A stretch of 63,933 nt of DNA, filler included, from Octopus bimaculoides (lineage: Eukaryota): NCBI RefSeq assembly GCF_001194135.2. It is 4 parts of 4 records of this genome, joined end to end, with 100 filler letters (N's around TTAATTAATTAA, not from the genome) between each part and the next. Parts side by side here need not be neighbours in the genome. Positions count along the whole stretch, not along the records: positions 1 to 23,977 come from NC_068983.1; positions 24,078 to 44,621 come from NC_069006.1; 2 more parts are not named here. One strand, 5' to 3'. The stretch's first letter is position 1. The number at the start of each line of letters is the position of its first letter. A program made the position numbers and the translations under genes. Shown in pieces: positions 12,560-26,898 of the stretch. The notes below the pieces were generated by a model. The model had not been told where the DNA came from and did not search any database. It saw only the letters and a list, made by a program, of their open reading frames with translations.

Positions 12560-12794
12560 GATCGTCTCATTGCAATAGCTCAGCTACTGGGAAAGGCTGA
12601 AACAGCTAAGATTCTACTCATCGGAGCGAAGGCGGGAGAGATATGCAATAATATACATCTGGAAGATCCTGGAAGGAATCGGGCCAAAGTTTGGCATTGA
12701 AAGCTAAACAAATGTCAGAACGGGTCCCACAGTGTAAAATTAACAGCGGACCTTGAAGCAATCCAGCGAAGCTTCACAAAGAAGATCGTCTCAT
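12560..12794 (+). mobile_element. Circularly permuted duplicate of CR1 segment 11521-11746
   Basis: 12560-12726 matches 11580-11746; 12727-12794 matches 11523-11590; gatcgtctcat present at both ends. Confidence 0.9.
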
Positions 12795-13546
12795 AAATCC
12801 AAGAATAGCCAATGTAGACAAAAAATAAATGCCATGTCGCCTTCACCAAAACACCGAGAAGCTTAAAGGTCTCTTTCGACAACATAGAATGGACCAGAAG
12901 CCATGACCAGAAGCACTACACCATCATTTTGCTACGATGGTGGGGATGGTTAAATGTGATATAGGAATGCAATCTATGACGGTCAGCAGAAAAAAGGGGG
13001 AAAAATGCAGAAGCAGAAAGTGTGGAACACTTACATGGTAAACATTTAGAGACAACCACACAAGTAGTCAGTCAACTGTTAAATGTCGAGCTTCCTAGAG
13101 TACTCTGGAAACTTGAAGGTACTTATCAAATACGATTCGTATAAAAAGACTTTTGGCGCAATAGTTGAAGTAAAAAGCAAGACAGCGGTGTGCTTCAGTA
13201 TCTACGGCAAAATCTATTGAATGTCGTTGTGCACAAACTTCAGGATATGAGCGTGAAACTACAGTACAGAAGTAACTACAAACATTGTATATATGCAATG
13301 CCTTAACTCCTTGATGGCGCGGTAGAGGCACCGCTGTGACATATATGTCTTGCTAATTTCAGACCTCACAGAGCCCATTCCTCTCAAGGTCAATTTATTT
13401 TAGAAAGCGATAAAGACACACTCAGGAAGAAAAAGTTTGAGATAGGGAGAACTCTACGCCAGTACAAAACTGGTACCTTACTATTTATTATTTTTTAATA
13501 TTTCGGAACGATTACTGAAACGACTTTACCGATTTGCCATTTTACT

Positions 13547-13629
<83 letters not shown>

Positions 13630-14815
13630 AACAAACACACTCAGACATGTAAACATGCACCAATATTACACTATTTTCTATAGCCAATACACGAAAAACG
13701 CCTACAAGCTTAAAGCTTATAATTATTATTTACAGAATTTTCACTCGTCACTGTTTCTTAATTTAACGCAGAAAAATATATATATATACACACTCACGTA
13801 CGCAGATATACTACGCCCTATGAGACTGACTGTGAGTGCATATTGAGCACTTCGGTGTGAAATGCGAAGAAAAGAGAAAAATACAAACAACTTATTGGAC
13901 GCCTTCGTGCAAAGATAAGAGGTAATAAATAAATAAACAAATAAATAAGTACAAGGAAAGTGGGGTAACTGCGTGAAATGATATATTTGTAAACAAACAC
14001 TCAAGCCAATGTCTTCTGATCCGCATGGAACTTGTTCCATTCCAAGGACTGTTGTTAATGAAGTAATGAAACGTTAAATATAGACAAGTTATAGCGGAGA
14101 CTACGTAACATGCAGAATATATATATATATATATATATGTTTGTATGTATGTATGTATGAATGTATGTATATGTATGTATGTATGTATGTATGTATATAT
14201 GTATGTATATATGTGTGTGTATATATATGTATATATATATATATATGAATATATATGTATATATATATATATATGAATATATATGTATATATATATATGT
14301 ATATATATGTGGGGGTGCGTGTGTGTGCGTGTGTGTGCGTGTGTGTGTCAGTAAATCATAAATCTGAAAGAGAAACACACTCCAAGTTATGGAGCAGTAG
14401 AGCAATTAGATGAAGATAGCCCCCCACAGACCGGCCATAACTATCTTTATCTAATTATGTGTCGTGTGTATGTGTGTGTATGTATGTGTGTGTATGTGTG
14501 TGTATACATATATATATATATANNNNNNNNNNNNNNNNNNNNNNNNNNNNNNNNNNNNNNNNNNNNNNNNNNNNNNNNNNNNNNNNNNNNNNNNNNNNNN
14601 NNNNNNNNNNNNNNNNNNNNNNNNNNNNNNNNNNNNNNNNNNNNNNNNNNNNNNNNNNNNNNNNNNNNNNNNNNNNNNNNNNNNNNNNNNNNNNNNNNNN
14701 NNNNNNNNNNNNNNNNNNNNNNNNNNNNNNNNNNNNNNNNNNNNNNNNNNNNNNNNNNNNNNNNNNNNNNNNNNNNNNNNNNNNNNNNNNNNNNNNNNAT
14801 ATATATACATCTATA

Positions 14816-16051
14816 TTAGATTGTCCCTAAAGTTCTGGGCGGTTTTTAATATGCAAAAAAAGATATAAATAATTGACCTTTCGATAAATTTTATTCAATG
14901 AAATAATTTCCATTATTATTAATGACCTTCGCCCACCTATCAGACAATTTAAATATTTCATCAGCATAAAATTTAACTGTTTTTGAAGAAAAAAGGCTAT
15001 CTAGATGCATTTTGACTCCATCTAAATTGTTAAATGCTTTTCCTTGCAATGAGTTCTGAAGAGACAAAAACAAGTGGTAGTCGGATGGCACTATATCAGG
15101 AGAATATGGTGGATGAGGTAAGTTCATGTTTGAGTAGCCAAACACACATGTGGTCGGACATTGTCTTGTTAGAACCCTACCCCTTTCCTGTTGGTAATCT
15201 CCGGCCTTAATTCTTTGATGCTTTGGTTCAAATTGGCCAGATGACGACAGTACACATAAAAATCAATGGTCAGGTTTTGTGGGAGAAGCTCATAATAAAT
15301 AATGCTTTTATGATCCCACCAAACACAAAATATAGCTTTTTTGACATGGATATTCGTTCTTGGTTGCTGTTGTGGGAGATTCCTATGCAAACTCCAGGAT
15401 CATTTTTGCACCACGTCTTCGTACACAATCCATTTTTCATCTCCAGTCACAAGTTGTTTAAAAAAGGCATGCTTTCATTCCGTTTCAAAAGTATATTACA
15501 AACGGAATACCCGTCCCAGCAATTCTTTTCTGAGTGTTTGTGAGGGACCCACACATTGTAATGAAAAGTGTATCCTAGCTTCACTAGGTGTTCATAAACC
15601 GTACTTTTAGAAATTTCAAATTCTTCTGCAAGCTTTCTTTTTCTGCCTTCAAAACATCTTCATCCAATTTTGAAGGTCTTTCACTGCGACTGTCATCTTC
15701 CACGCTAAACGCTCCAGATTTAAATTTTGCAAATCACCTTCGAATAGTCGATTTACCTACAGCATCGTCACCATAAACTTCACAAATATTTTTGCAAGTT
15801 TTTGCAACATTTTCTCATTTTTTAAAAAGGAAAAGCATTACAACGCAAATATGAAATTTTTGGTTATCCATTTCAAATAAAGTCAAAGGGTTACCGGAAT
15901 GGAAGATAAGTCTATTTTCGTCAGGAACAAAGGAGAGATACACTACCACTTCAAGCAACGCCAAAGTTTTTACTATGCTACGCTTCAGGACTTTTAATGA
16001 AACATTAAAATATTTAGCTTAAAAACGCTCAGTACTCTTCGGACAAACTAA
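14816..16051 (-). mobile_element. Full-length decayed mariner (D,D34D) transposon; transposase pseudogene about 15871-14891
   Basis: TA-flanked imperfect TIRs ttag(a/t)ttgtcc..(g/a)gcg..tttttaa. Peptides VYGDDAVGKSTIRR, LVTGDEKWI, CVWWDHKSIIYYELL, QDNVRPH, HPPYSPDIVPSDYHLF, RWAKVINNNGNYF; stops and frameshifts. Confidence 0.93.
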
Positions 16052-16052
16052 T

Positions 16053-16101
<49 letters not shown>

Positions 16102-16102
<1 letters not shown>

Positions 16103-16191
16103 TAGTTTGTCCGGAAAGTTCTGAGCGTTTTTAAGCTAAATCTTTTAACGTTGTTTCATTAAAACTCCTGAAACGTAACACAGTTAAAACT
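16102..16191 (+). mobile_element. Second, inverted copy of the same mariner terminus
   Basis: ttagtttgtccggaaagttctgagcgtttttaagctaaa.. is the imperfect reverse complement of 15965-16051, separated by (TAGA)n. Confidence 0.85.
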
Positions 16192-16204
16192 ACAAGTGAA
16201 GTCA

Positions 16205-17820
16205 TAACATGATTCCATCTCTTAAACAATAAAAACTCTTCTTCTTTCCTATAATTAGATATAGATAATTACTATTCTTCTATTTCTCCTAAACTTCTTA
16301 ATTAAGCTCTCCTTCTAGCTAAGAATTTGATTAACCTAACCTCACTAGAAATTAACATAATCCTTAATGCCCGAAAAAACCTTGTTTCTTTTCAGAGCAA
16401 ACTTTGGTGCCGTGTCAGACACTATAACTATAACAATAACGATAACAAATTATTTGACATTACTATGGGATCATCAGACTCCACCCAAGTCACCGACCTC
16501 GTCGGACTATACATATTCTTCAGCTCCAAATACATTTCCCTAACATTATTGGAGGCCTCTACAGAGATGACGCCTTGCTAGTCACCAAGAGCGTAACTAA
16601 ATCCTCTTTAGAACAAACTAGGAAAGATCTACACAATAGCCTCAACCCATCTATTACTTTTAAAAATTCCTGCAAAACCACTAATTTTTTAGACGTAACT
16701 TCAAACTTAGAAACATCCGAGTATTTTCCATATCACAAACCTAACCAATACCTTAAGTACTTAAACATTAATTCCAATCACCACAAATCCACCTTTGATA
16801 ATGTAGTTAATGATATCTCAATTCGTATATCTGACCTCTCATCCACTGAGGAAATATTTGATAACCACGCCCCATTTTACAACCAAGCGCTCGCTGCCAG
16901 CGGCTTCTCCCAACAAATAAAATACATCCCTAATATTAGGTTCAAGCAACATACATCTCAAATCATATCACAATGACATACCAACTATCAGAAAACAACA
17001 GACCACACATACACTATACTAAAGCCTCGGGAAAACCCAGATTAAGACAACTTAGACCCCATACGCACACATATAATAACACTAGGTCAAAAGCTAAAAC
17101 AGCTAACAAGAACGGGCCATATTACCCACCTCTAATTTCTAAAAATATAGATAACTCTACCCCTAAGCAACCAAACAAAGCGGTGAACGCTCTATTCTAT
17201 GGTATACACCCTACTTCTCACTAAACGTTAAGAACTTAGTTAAATCCGTTTTTAATATACCGGACTCCAACTTGCCTCGTCAACATAAATATTACTCTAT
17301 CTTTAATAGATCTACCTGAAAGCTGTCCACTTCCTCCCTACTAAACTTTGAATCTATCATAATAGCTTCTAATAAACGAAAACTTTCGTTTATCAAAACT
17401 TACACTATAACAGCTCTGAATACACGAGCGCCCAAAATATACATAGCTCCAATATCGAACACCATACTTTACATCACAATGGAAACCCTACGAATCTCAC
17501 TAACACTAACCAGAATACTGCTACCACAACTTCCAACACTATTACAGATAGCATAAATAACAACAACGATAGAAATAGTAATGATAATAGTAATAATAAT
17601 GTTAATAACATAGGCCAATCTACCCCACATCTCCAACCTCTCCTCTGACAGTATTACCTCCCATTCCTGAGAATAGTCCCCACAATGCACTTCCATGTAA
17701 CTGCCGTTCTGGGACCATCTGCCCTCTACAAACCCATTGCAGAAGCTCAAATATAATTTATAAATGCATTGCCCTCAACACGCTACACAATTCTACAACC
17801 ATATATATAGGCAGTATAGC
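16205..17820 (+). mobile_element. Penelope-like element: RT plus start of GIY-YIG endonuclease, decayed
   Basis: FDITMGSSDSTQVTDLVGLY, GLYRDDALL, NFLDVT, YFPYHKPN..YLNINSNH, ALAASGF, ILWYTP, IFNRST, CRSGTICPL..IIYKC..IYIG. Confidence 0.9.
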
Positions 17821-18383
17821 AGTGAGTAAACCACTTGAGGAATTGAGGAATTTATTGTGCAGAGGTTGTAAAGGGACATACTTAAGAGGCCAAATTTAGT
17901 CAAATGTCTAACTGTTTCTGATCGTTTAGGAGTGAAACACATGCGCCATCAAAGATGGCTGACGTAAAAGTGGTTGAGACCTCCTGAGTGACAGACTGGA
18001 AGTGTCATAGCGTTCGGAGTTGGAGGACGGTTGCAAAGTATTTAGAATGATCGGCCGACTATAAAGGTTACAGTTATAGTCAGATAAAGGTTAGTATAGA
18101 TTCCTCTTGCCACAGGCAACAGAGTGGTTGTACAATTTACCAGCAGAGGAAAGGAATCAATATGATTCCATTCAGATCGATCTGGGTCTTCGGACAGGTG
18201 TCTTCAACTCCAAATGAGTCAGGTTACCTCTATGAAGTATCTCCATCAACTTGGCTACTGAAATGTTTCAAGCATCAGGCAATGTTCGCACAGATAAAAC
18301 TGTATAATGAAGTGTGTTGCTTTACCTTTGAGATTACTGTGTATATATAAAACTAGTATTATTTTGTTTACAACAACACTTAT

Positions 18384-18506
<123 letters not shown>

Positions 18507-19489
18507 TATGTGAGTGTGTTTGTACAAATACATATGCGTTTTTCACTCTCCTCCTTCTCTCTCTTTCTCTCATTCTTTATATGTATGTATGTATTTATGT
18601 ATGTATGCGTACGCGCTCATTCACATGTGTGTGTGAGGGCCAGTGTGTGGATGGTTGCGTTCTCATGTGCGTGTTTTCATACATATATCAAGTTAATTGC
18701 AATTTTATATGTGAGTTATGTGAGGAAAAATAATTTCAAACCTTCCCGTATCAACGCTAAATATTCTACCGTTGCCTTGTTCGCAAAATTCTTAGAATCC
18801 TACGATGCTCAATACAAACCGAGGGCTGTTTGCCAAGAGCAGTCGAACTAATTAAAGGAATTGGAAAACAAGGTGCAACTGAATACAACTGTTAAATACA
18901 GTTGCGCGCAACAAGTAGACAGCACTTAAATTCAATTAGTTCCACTAAATCACCATGAAGTTCACTTTAAATCTAGTTAAAGATTTCAGGTAATTTATAT
19001 CGTTCATTTAGTCTAAGCACAGTACGAACATTTTTACCCAGTACTCCATATGTTTGAAACTTTCACTTACCCGTTTAAATTCAAGAGAATCAAATCTATA
19101 CGTTTGTGATAATGATCACCTTATAATTTTTCGTACCCTTTGCCCTGTGTTCAGAAATGGAAAATATTTTGATATTTTCATCTACATAACCTTTCAATTG
19201 GTTTCATTAGCAAACGTAACATTCATTATATTCCTATATAATACAGCGGAACCTTTTAAAAGATCGAAACAGTACACATAATGTTTGTTAAATAACTGAC
19301 TCAGTAAGTAGTTATCTAGTGCTGACTTAAGCTAAACATGGCTGTCTTTAATGACAGTTAAACAATCTAACATATCAAATTAGTTATACAAGAACCAGTT
19401 GTCTGGCATCATCACTATTAGTTAAGAGAAAAAAATGGTTCTTTCGTTGAATTCAGTATATGTACTCATTTAAAAACATAAGACTAAGA

Positions 19490-19917
19490 AGGCGTATCTG
19501 TGTCATAAGGCGTATGCTTCCCAACCACACGGTTCGGGGTTCAGTTCCATTGCGTGGCACCTTGGGCAGTTTTCTTCTGCTAGAGCCTCGGGCCGACTAA
19601 AACACTGTGAGTGGATTTGCTAGACGCAAACTGAAAGAAGCCGGTCGCATATATATATATGCGTCTGTGTGTGTGTATGTGTGTGTGTATGTATGTATGT
19701 ATGTATGTATGTGCGCGCGCATGTATGTGTGTATGTGTGTTCGTATGTGTGCGTTTGTTTTTGAGTTTGTCGCCCACTGGCGTTGGGTTACTCACGTCTC
19801 CGTAACTTAGCGGATTGGCAGAAGAGACCAACAGAAGAAGTACCAGACTAAACCCTTACAGGTTGTGCCCCAGCATGACCACAGTCTAATGATTGAAACA
19901 AGCAAAAGATAAAAGAT
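19490..19917 (+). mobile_element. tRNA-derived CORE-type SINE, family B
   Basis: ggttcagttccattgcgtggcaccttgggcag (CORE-like accttgggcaagt), internal microsatellite, tail cagcatgaccacagtctaatgattgaaacaag. Confidence 0.8.
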
Positions 19918-20180
19918 AATAGCCTTACTACGGATCGAAACGTTGTGTAAATAAAAAAAATAATGCGGCTTTGATTTTTGGTTTCAATGAAAGTACAGTT
20001 TTTTTAATTATTTAAATTCTATGTTTATGTAAGCTATAATATATTGCTATTTGACCAGCCGAATGTGCAGTTTGAAGTAATTAATGCCGATATGTGCATA
20101 TTATTTATACTGTCATGGCATCTTGCTATTGAAAAATCCATTGAGACGACCCTCGATCTTAATGATGAAACTGGTTTACT

Positions 20181-20580
20181 CTTTTACTTGTTTCAGTCAT
20201 TTGACTGCGGCCATGCTGGAGCACCGCCTCTTAGTCGAGCAAATCGACCCTAGGACTTATTCTTTGGACGCCTAGTACGTATTCTATCGGTCACTTTTGC
20301 CTAACCGCTAAGTTACGGGGACTTAAACACACCACCATCGGTTGTCAAGCGATGTTGAGGGGGACAAACACAGACACACAAACATATACACACACATATA
20401 TATATATACATATATACGACGGGCTTCTTTCAGTTTTCCGTCTACCAAATCCACTCACAAGGCTTTGGTCGGCCCGAGGCTATAGTAGAAGACACTTGCC
20501 CAAGGTGCCACGCAGTGGGAATGAACCCAGAACCATGTGGTTGCTAAGCAAGCTACTTACCACACAGCCACTCCTGCGCC
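20181..20580 (-). mobile_element. SINE family B, near-complete copy
   Basis: Reverse complement reads ggagtggctgtgtggtaagtagcttgc..ggcaccttgggcaagtgtcttctactatagcc..ggcggtgctccagcatggccgcagtcaaatgactgaaacaagtaaaagag. Confidence 0.9.
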
Positions 20581-21355
20581 TGAACTTTCTTAGGACTTAT
20601 CTTTGTCACACACAAGAATTTTCTAATGATCTCATAAATAACTTAATTGTTAAATTCTTTTATTGAAACATATCCAGCAATGAGAAAATATCCCTGTTGA
20701 GTATTGTCAACGGATATTGATATTTGAATTCAGTACTGTAAATCAATGAAACAGTTCTTTTGTGGCATTGTGATCAAGAGGTAAGTTCCCAGGAATACGA
20801 TATTGCAAACTGGATTTCAATATCCTCCTAATAACATTTCACTTTATTTAATACTCTGATCACTTCTGATAAAAAATACAACACTACCTATTTTATTCCT
20901 TCTAACATATTGTGACTTTGTTCCTTGTTCAAAATTACTAAATTAGATGGAGTCCATAGCCCGATAATCTGAAACATTCGAAAGCAAAATATATTAACTA
21001 TGAGTATACATCTATAGCATAGCATCAGTAACGTAATACGATCCGCTGTCTCCGACCTTTCGATTTTTAGAAAAGCAAGTTCATAACCATGCTGAAGCTA
21101 CATACCAGAATCTACTAGCGCTTCCTTAAAAAGACACATCCGAATACATTATCTTTTCATGCGAAGAAATGCTATCTTGATGTCGTCACCAAAATTCTAG
21201 CTGAAAACACATTATGCTGCTATGAGTCTAACATCCGGATAGACACACTTGAAAAGCTGAATGAAATAAGTTTGAACTCCGTAGTATGATTCATGCAGTG
21301 TACACTGTTAGTGTTAGCAATGTATCTACTCTCTTTTATGTTCTTACTTCTAAAT

Positions 21356-21570
21356 AACAAAAGTTATTTAAAAACACATTCCACTCCAAATATATTTGTA
21401 ACGAGAATGAAATCTATTGGTTGATTCTAAAACTCTTATCACCAAACTTTCATAGAAATCCATTGTCTTAGTTACAACGTTTATTATAAGAGTTTAACAT
21501 CAAACAATGATTGCCATTGTCCGGCACAAATTTATTTGGAGTGGAATGTGATTCTTAAAGATCTTTTGTT
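21356..21570. mobile_element. MITE-like element with about 45-bp imperfect inverted arms
   Basis: aacaaaag..acacattccactccaaatatatttgt versus acaaatttatttggagtggaatgtg..cttttgtt. Confidence 0.55.
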
Positions 21571-22338
21571 GTACATTAGTAAAAACGTGATGAGATAGAG
21601 TATATACATTGTGAACATTAAATATATACACCACACGAATCATGTACTATAGAGATCAAACTTATTTCATTTATCTTTCAAAGTAATGTCTATCCGCTTG
21701 TAAGACTCAGCATAATAAGTGTTCGGCTAGAATTTGATGTCTGCATCAAGCTGGTATTTCTTCCCATGTTTACTGAATAAGTATTGCAGCTTATGAACAA
21801 TTTTATTTATGTCCAATATTACTGACAAAATAAACGCAGTTGGTTTTTCTTTTAACAGGGTTTATAGTAAATGTAGGTGATATAAAACCCAATTCTCTCA
21901 AACATGACTGTTTCTTAAAACTCACGCAAGATCATAATTACACAAGTTAAACAAGCCCACAATCCGCAGGGATCTCAAAGTAATTAAAAGGCGTATTTAT
22001 TTTCAATTTTGTGTGACTTTCTGATGTATTTTCTTATTAAATGACCTACCAGTTATATATAAATTGTGACCTCTAACACTGAACTCGTGCACAATTTTAA
22101 ACGTTTAAAAAAGGTCAATTACAAAATATTAGTATGAGGTCACATTTCTTTAAATATTTCAAAAGCATTTTATCCTTTATCTTTTACCCATACGGGTGAT
22201 TTTAATTTACCACTCTTTATATTCTACTAAGCTTATCAAAAGTACAAGGAATTCTTGCAAAATAACTTAATCTAGCTAACTAGATATTTATCTGGCATTT
22301 TTTTTTTCTCTATCTATTAATTTATATGGATACTTCAG

Positions 22339-22530
22339 GCGGTGACCTGGCAGAATCGTTAGCACTATGGGCAAAATACTTAGCGGCATTTCATCTTTTT
22401 TCCACCGAGGTCAGATTTCCCTTTCATCCTTTCGGGATCGATAATATAAGTACCAGTTGATACTGGGATCGAGGTAATCAACTTAATCCTTCTTCCGAAA
22501 TTGCTGTCCTTATGCCAAAATTTGAAATCA
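22339..22530 (+). mobile_element. SINE family A (tail type 2)
   Basis: ggcggtgacctggcagaatcgttag head, core and aaattgctgtccttatgccaaaatttgaaa tail. Confidence 0.85.
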
Positions 22531-22819
22531 ATATATATGGAAATCAATATATATGGATATGTGTTAATTTATATGCGGTAATGTATGCGTGTACGTGTAG
22601 ATGTGTTTTCTTTTTTTTTTTTAGTGTGTGTCTTTGTACGCATCTTTTTGGAAGTTTGTCAAAGGAGGAACAGTATTTCATGGCCTTTAAATACCGCTCA
22701 AATCTGGAAAGATTGATGTAGTTCATGTTCAGTTTAAACATTTGGAAGTGATGTCTATTTGAAAATACAAGCAGAGAAAGCGTTTTTAATGGAAACTCTA
22801 CAATGGGAAACATATTAGG

Positions 22820-23050
22820 GGCGGTGATCAGGAGATTAGTTAGTCATCTATTCAGAGTAGGAGCACGAGATGAAGAAAATGTACAACAAACAGTTCCTAT
22901 ATGAGCCAGTAGTTGTGGCGTGTTGGTGATGAAAATTTGTCAATCTACGGATCCCGGATACGTGAGAAATATTCGAATGTAAATCATATTTGAGCTTTGC
23001 AAAGATCAGGAGTCAAGTATTTTCTGGCCCTGAAGAAGTTTATTCTTTGG
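22820..23050 (-). mobile_element. Degraded CR1/L2-group LINE C-terminal fragment
   Basis: RINFFRARKYLTPDLCKAQI..FEYFSRI resembles the L.Rar.yftp..Yka.iR..lEY motif. Confidence 0.4.
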
Positions 23051-24021
23051 GGTGTCGTTTTAGCAATGTTATATATGTGAGGTTAGAGATAATTTGAAAA
23101 TGTAAGGTCTAACATATGCTGTGAAAGTTTCAGTTGTATAGTTATAGAGCAAGCTACAAAATTATTTCTCTGAAATATGTAGAGACTACCTGTGCTTTTA
23201 AGAGAGAGAGACAGAGAAGTAGAGAAAATGAGACAAAGAGAGACAGACCTAAAGAGAAAGAAAGGCGGACAAACAGACAACAAAATAAGGGAAATAAAGT
23301 GAGGGAATGAACAGGTTTATTTTGTGATTTGTTGTTTTCGAATTTTGAGTTGTTTAGTCCTAAATCAGCTGTGATCGAGTATGATCAAAGACAGTCCAAT
23401 CGTGTCCATCAAGTTTTTTTTTTTTCTTATAAGCAGAAAATTCAAGGCCACATTATCCAGCATGTCCTTTGAAGACGATTATGGATGAGTCGGTTGCACA
23501 TTCTAGCTGGCCGGACGACCATGTATCAGCTCCGTTCTTGACACGCTGTTGACACGGTGTTTATGGTTCGGTTTCTAGTCAAGATATGAATGTCAGACTG
23601 ATAGGAAGTATTAAGAATGATTCAAATATTTTTCGAAGATTGGGGAGGAATGTAGAGTTGATGCCACCATCATGGTACGACTGTATATTGTTAGAAGTGA
23701 CATTGAGTAGAGAAGAAGAGAGCCTCGATATTGAAGGTACACTAAGCTTGATACGGTTGGAGAAAATGGATCGTGGACGTGGAAATAATATTGCATGAGG
23801 TAGGGAGCAAGTTTTACTGTAGATCTACTTCTACAGAAGACGTACTGGTGCTTATAATTGCACTTGGGGGTGGGCTGTATGTACAAGTATGTGTATATGT
23901 GGGTAAACATAACATGTGTGTGCGTGTATACATCCATGTATACATAAGTGTATATATGTATATATATATATATATATNNNNNNNNNNNNNNNNNNNNNNN
24001 NNNNNNNNNNNNNNNNNNNNN

Positions 24022-24033
24022 TTAATTAATTAA
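24022..24033. other. Artificial assembly linker TTAATTAATTAA inside an N run (also 44666-44677, 62590-62601)
   Basis: Identical palindromic 12-mer with stops in all six frames, embedded in N runs three times. Confidence 0.92.
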
Positions 24034-24077
24034 NNNNNNNNNNNNNNNNNNNNNNNNNNNNNNNNNNNNNNNNNNNN

Positions 24078-24134
<57 letters not shown>

Positions 24135-25383
24135 CGGTTTTGTAACAGGTTTGCCAGATTCTTTGTGATTCGTAAGCTGACATACGCACGCAACAAGGAC
24201 TCAAGCAGACAAACGCAGCTTCCGTAACAGACTAAGTCGAAAGTCAATGAAAAGTTTGAAAGTATCAACGAAAGAGCTTTGAGAGACAAAAACAAAACAA
24301 ACGATTTACTGTTTAACCAAATTAAACTAACAATCGATTAGTTAGTTGGGTATTTAACCAATTAACTAATAAGAAAGGAGTGGAATTGAATCAGTGCGTG
24401 TGTTAATATTATTGAAATGTTCTGAATGTGTTGCACATATCCCTACTACATTATTTGTGCTGCAGTGTAAGCTGCAATCAATAAGTTTCTTTTCATAGAT
24501 CTATTTATATTTATCTATTTATCCATCAACTTATTCATTTTGTGTGTTTTCTCCCGCTTCCAGTTTTTGTTCCCATTTGAATGAAACAGTCTGAAAGTTA
24601 GTCTGTAATGTCAAGCTGACTGTTGTCTCATTATTTCCAACCAATTGTTTTCTGCAAACACTTAAGTGGATATCTGACATAAACATCCTTATGTCCGTTT
24701 TTTTTTGTTTTTTTTTCCTTTTTCCTTTTTTCCTTAATTCACAATTCACCAATCCACTAGTGAGCATATATGATTGAATGTGTGTGTGTGTGTGTGTGTG
24801 TAACATATGTAATATACATGTAATATATATGTGCGTGTCTGTATGTACACATGCATGTGTATATGTTTATATACATACACACATACACACACACACACAC
24901 ATAATATATACATATGCATTAAATTCTGGTGGCTCAACTTAAGTACCATATTCATCTGAATCTATACATATATATATATAAATATATATANNNNNNNNNN
25001 NNNNNNNNNNNNNNNNNNNNNNNNNNNNNNNNNNNNNNNNNNNNNNNNNNNNNNNNNNNNNNNNNNNNNNNNNNNNNNNNNNNNNNNNNNNNNNNNNNNN
25101 NNNNNNNNNNNNNNNNNNNNNNNNNNNNNNNNNNNNNNNNNNNNNNNNNNNNNNNNNNNNNNNNNNNNNNNNNNNNNNNNNNNNNNNNNNNNNNNNNNNN
25201 NNNNNNNNNNNNNNNNNNNNNNNNNNNNNNNNNNNNNNNNNNNNNNNNNNNNNNNNNNNNNNNNNNNNNNNNNNNNNNNNNNNNNNNNNNNNNNNNNNNN
25301 NNNNNNNNNNNNNNNNNNNNNNNNNNNNNNNNNNNNNNNNNNNNNNNNNNNNNNNNNNNNNNNNNNNNNNNNNNNNNNNNNNN

Positions 25384-25453
<70 letters not shown>

Positions 25454-26735
25454 TGTGTGTGTGTGTGTATTATATATACATACATACATACAAACGTATG
25501 TGTGTATGTATGTATGTATGTACAATCAATGATCTGCAGTTGCCAATATTTTCCAATTACTTGCCGCAATAAAGATGAAAATGTCACACTAAAACTAAGG
25601 CAATAATTCCTGAAAAGGCGTATTACACCCGACTGCAGATGTAATAACAAGTGAACATCCGCTTTGTGTGTATACGTATATCAATCTATTAATATTTATC
25701 GTTATATTCCTCCACATCCACACACACACACACACTTAATATATGCGTAATGTTTAGTTTTTCGTCTGCATACTTGAACCTGCGATGTTGCTCTTTATGC
25801 TTTTCATGTTGCTATTTACTTAGTTGTCCCTAAAGAATCTCTTAGATGACGTTGGTTAAAATATTCAAACTTTGCACGGTTATACTGACCAGGTTGGGTT
25901 AAAACCACGAAGCGAAGGGTAAATGTCGTGCTATTGAACAGCCTCTGAAGAATATACATTCATATATTAAAGAACTTCAACAGAAAATTAATATTCTAAT
26001 CCCAATATTAAAGCATTATGCTCGAAAGTATTATTTATTTATTGTTGATGCAGTTTTGTTGTAGATTGTCTGAGTACAAACGGAAGTGATTTGTATTCAG
26101 TGACATTTTAATGTAATATTTACTCCTCGTGCCAGAAGCATTCCGTCCAGTGGGTGTATGTAACTTGATCAGCTGGCCGATCTTACTCAGGTTACTTCGT
26201 TGTTCGTCAATAACTTCCATGACTGCTGGATGGTTGGTCGGGTGGATGGTAGTAGTCTAAGTACGTTTGTACTAATGCACTTCAGAAACTTGGTGATTCT
26301 AATCATTGATCTTACAGAGGCTCTTTAGACGGTACAGAATCACGTGAGGGCCGCCATTTGTCATCGGATGACCCTTCCACCGAAGCCGCACGTCTGCCAT
26401 GTTGCTTGCCATGGTATCGTTTGTAATTCTAATCCGGGTGGCTGTCAGGTTCTATACTTTGTGCTAAAGGGTTGCCCGTGTTTGGTTCAGAACAACATAT
26501 TGTATTTCCATACCCATCACTAACCCCTAATAACTTGGACACGCATGGGCAACCTTTCAAGAAGCGGGCCGTATGAGACATGACTCATCATCTCTGTCTC
26601 TCTCTTTCTCTCTCTCGCTCTCTGTTTCTCTTACTTTTTATCTCTCCCACTCTGTTTCTTTCGCTCTCTGTCTCTCTTGCTCTCTATCGTTCCCACTCTG
26701 TCTCTCTCTATCTCTCTCACTTTCTGTCTTTCTCG

Positions 26736-26863
26736 TGGTTCTGGGTTCAGTCCCACTGCGTGGCAGCTTGGGCAAGTGTCTTCTACTATAGCCTCGGACC
26801 GACCAAAGCCTTGTGAGTGGATTTGGTAGACGGAAACTGAAAGAAGCCCGTCGTATATATATG

Positions 26864-26898
<35 letters not shown>

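Noticed and set aside
24139-26343. Tiny candidate exons (about 24139-24161 and 26318-26343) upstream of ENaC exon A
   Set aside because: Plausible splice signals but only 23-26 nt with no family motif; cannot be supported without RNA data.
26466-26557. Short inverted repeat aaagggttgcccgtg/catgggcaaccttt
   Set aside because: Too short and imperfect, with no TSD, to call an element.
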